64,000 nucleotides of DNA from an uncultured bacterium (lineage in GTDB: Bacteria > Fidelibacterota > Marinisomatia > Marinisomatales > UBA1611), in the NCBI GenBank assembly GCA_964646455.1, contig CAZYDX010000001.1, forward strand, positions 9,560-73,559. Reading direction: 5' to 3'. The translations under genes and the position numbers were made by a program. Of this stretch, positions 63,380 through 64,000 are shown piece by piece. The notes under the pieces were generated by a model. That model worked only from the letters and a program-made list of their open reading frames with translations. It searched no databases and was not told where the DNA came from. Numbering within the stretch: position 1 is the first letter of the stretch; each line of letters starts with the position of its first letter.

Positions 63380-64000
63380 GTGCCTTTACCTGATAAATGT
63401 CCTCTCTGTAAAGCTAGCGATAAAGAACAATCAGTTGTTACATCGCATGTATATTCACCTGAAAACTTTGTTGGCCGTGCTTTTTATCATTGTCATAACT
63501 GTGATGTAAGACATCAGTACCCTAGGCTTACAGTGCAAGAGGAAAATCATTTTTATAAATCTGAATTTGAATCTTTCATGGACAAGAGATCTGGGGATGA
63601 AGGAGGATGGAAAAAAGCTGAAGATCACATAATTTCAAATGAAGAAACACGTTTAAGACGAATGAAATATCTGTTACCAAATTTAAAAAAGAATATGAAT
63701 ATACTTGAAATAGGTTGTTCATCAGGATTTATGTTATACCCTTTGATTAAAGAGGGATATGATTGTATTGGGGTTGAACCTTCTGGTGTTTTTAGTGATT
63801 TTGTTAAAGATCGAGGATTGAAAGTTTTTAATTCAATCAATGATTTAATTAAAAAGGGAAGTAATACTCAATTCGATTTAATAATGCACTATTTCGTTCT
63901 TGAGCATATAAGTGATCCTATAAGTTTTCTTGAATCTCAACTTGAATTACTGAAACCAGGTGGAAAAATTATTTTTGAAATACCTAATATTGCTGATCCT
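63380..64000 (+). CDS. SAM-dependent methyltransferase with an N-terminal CxxC...CxxC zinc-ribbon; 3' end beyond the window
   Basis: I translated this by hand. GTG at 63380 sits directly after an in-frame TAA, and the frame is open to nt 64000 (207 codons). 'CPLC...CHNC', motif I 'ILEIGCSSGFML', 'FDLIMHYFVLEHI', 'LKPGGKIIFEIPN'. It is not in the ORF track because no stop is reached. Confidence 0.65.
   Translation, partial: MPLPDKCPLCKASDKEQSVVTSHVYSPENFVGRAFYHCHNCDVRHQYPRLTVQEENHFYKSEFESFMDKRSGDEGGWKKAEDHIISNEETRLRRMKYLLPNLKKNMNILEIGCSSGFMLYPLIKEGYDCIGVEPSGVFSDFVKDRGLKVFNSINDLIKKGSNTQFDLIMHYFVLEHISDPISFLESQLELLKPGGKIIFEIPNIADP

Noticed and set aside
388-63840. All other minus-strand ORFs in the track (61-92 aa): 388..582, 6243..6434, 10040..10279, 12133..12411, 13166..13372, 14136..14336, 14521..14763, 16862..17074, 19426..19644, 20828..21070, 21703..21900, 22009..22269, 22965..23216, 24422..24649, 31035..31259, 40920..41114, 42689..42892, 44393..44584, 44910..45134, 45727..45966, 47410..47610, 50581..50772, 63625..63840
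   Set aside because: Each is embedded in, or mostly overlaps, a longer + strand gene with recognisable domains. The translations are compositionally biased. None is supported.
1-64000. Searched by eye for CRISPR-like direct repeats, tRNA/rRNA-like GC-rich segments, IS inverted repeats, integrase/transposase/nuclease/helicase genes and defence-system signatures
   Set aside because: None was found. All intergenic gaps are 175 nt or less and AT-rich, and all long ORFs have metabolic or glycan-type motifs or are membrane proteins. An exhaustive repeat search was not possible without tools.

Overview
This 64-kb window is visibly AT-rich (judged by eye, not computed) and very gene-dense. Every credible gene lies on the + strand. 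I call 65 CDS. The first and last are cut by the window edges, and the last (63380..64000) is absent from the supplied ORF track because it has no stop. Many junctions are short start/stop overlaps: TAATG at 8059, 52038 and 62604; TTGA at 18923 and 45765; ATGA at 34118. About ten genes appear to start with TTG or GTG. The layout suggests a few very long co-directional operons. I recognise no rRNA, tRNA, CRISPR array, transposase, integrase or phage gene. The whole window reads as one giant cell-surface glycan (LPS, capsule or glycoprotein type) biosynthesis island. It holds 5 DegT-type and 2 class-III PLP aminotransferases, 6 SDR-type epimerases/dehydratases/reductases and 6 SAM methyltransferases. 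It also holds 2 NeuB-family ulosonic-acid synthases and 3-4 cytidylyltransferase-fold proteins. Heptose activation is covered by a GHMP kinase, GmhA and an HldE-like protein with inverted domain order. Further content: sulfation genes, an FkbH/ACP acyl-donor cassette, a formamido-sugar/ArnC-like module, an MsbA/PglK-like ABC exporter, a WaaL/Wzy-like membrane protein and several orphan transferases. This content and compaction resemble hypervariable glycan islands of streamlined AT-rich (for example marine) bacteria, but the taxon cannot be established from the window. The five most unusual items are these. (1) A GT29-type, animal-like sialyltransferase homologue with all four sialylmotifs (46477..47322), next to a NANS-like synthase, a KdsC-type phosphatase and CMP-synthetases. 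(2) A pyruvate kinase fused to ATP sulfurylase (30574..32745), with two sulfotransferase-like genes elsewhere but no APS kinase seen. (3) A cassette of a HAD-kinase fusion, a split transketolase, a methyltransferase, a Zn-ADH and a class-III aminotransferase (18923..25368). (4) A WbuC / acyltransferase / VOC / FkbH / ACP cassette (25388..28876). (5) A second ulosonic-acid module using an enolase-superfamily dehydratase, plus a separate HpcH-aldolase cassette. All functional calls rest on motifs read from the translations. No database search was possible.
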